Positions 6,744-6,788 of a stretch of DNA of 6,788 bases are shown one piece after another; the first letter of the stretch is position 1, and the number at the start of each line of letters is the position of its first letter. The notes beneath the pieces were generated by a model. The model saw only the letters and a program-made list of their open reading frames with translations, did no database searches and was not told the DNA's origin. Location of the stretch: contig JBJCIZ010000984.1 in the NCBI GenBank assembly GCA_051294375.1, positions 1 to 6,788 on the forward strand, written 5' to 3'. This stretch comes from Paraspadella gotoi. Taxonomy: Eukaryota > Animalia > Chaetognatha. Position numbers and translations under genes: made by a program.

Positions 6744-6788
6744 ATTTGATAAAAAAATTCAAGCAAATTTTATAGTTTATTGGATCTT

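Overview
AT-rich eukaryotic genomic DNA containing two assembly gaps (N at 3633-4229 and 4316-4760). About 1965-6710 is a minus-strand non-LTR retrotransposon (LINE) of the Jockey/I-like group. It has a structured 5' UTR and a gag-like ORF1 (ATG 6510, three CCHC zinc knuckles), with an in-frame C-terminal extension at 4761-5238. An 86-nt island between the gaps reads like the start of an APE endonuclease. The reverse-transcriptase ORF2 is clean at its N-terminal part (3367-3632) but heavily frameshifted from about 3360 to 2200; QAGF, AFNRVW, VPQG, FADD and FLGV motifs are still readable. The 3' end has a small stem-loop and a degenerate (AATAC)n-like tail. The left 1.9 kb is non-coding and low-complexity: a 10-12 bp minisatellite, a pyrimidine/purine strand switch centred on an inverted repeat at 945-1002, a purine tract, CT/AG microsatellites and small CpG-rich patches. 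I see no convincing wholly new system. The best leads are the structured 5' UTR, the extended ORF1, the D-for-E endonuclease motif, the 3' stem-loop with tail, and the foldback at about 972.
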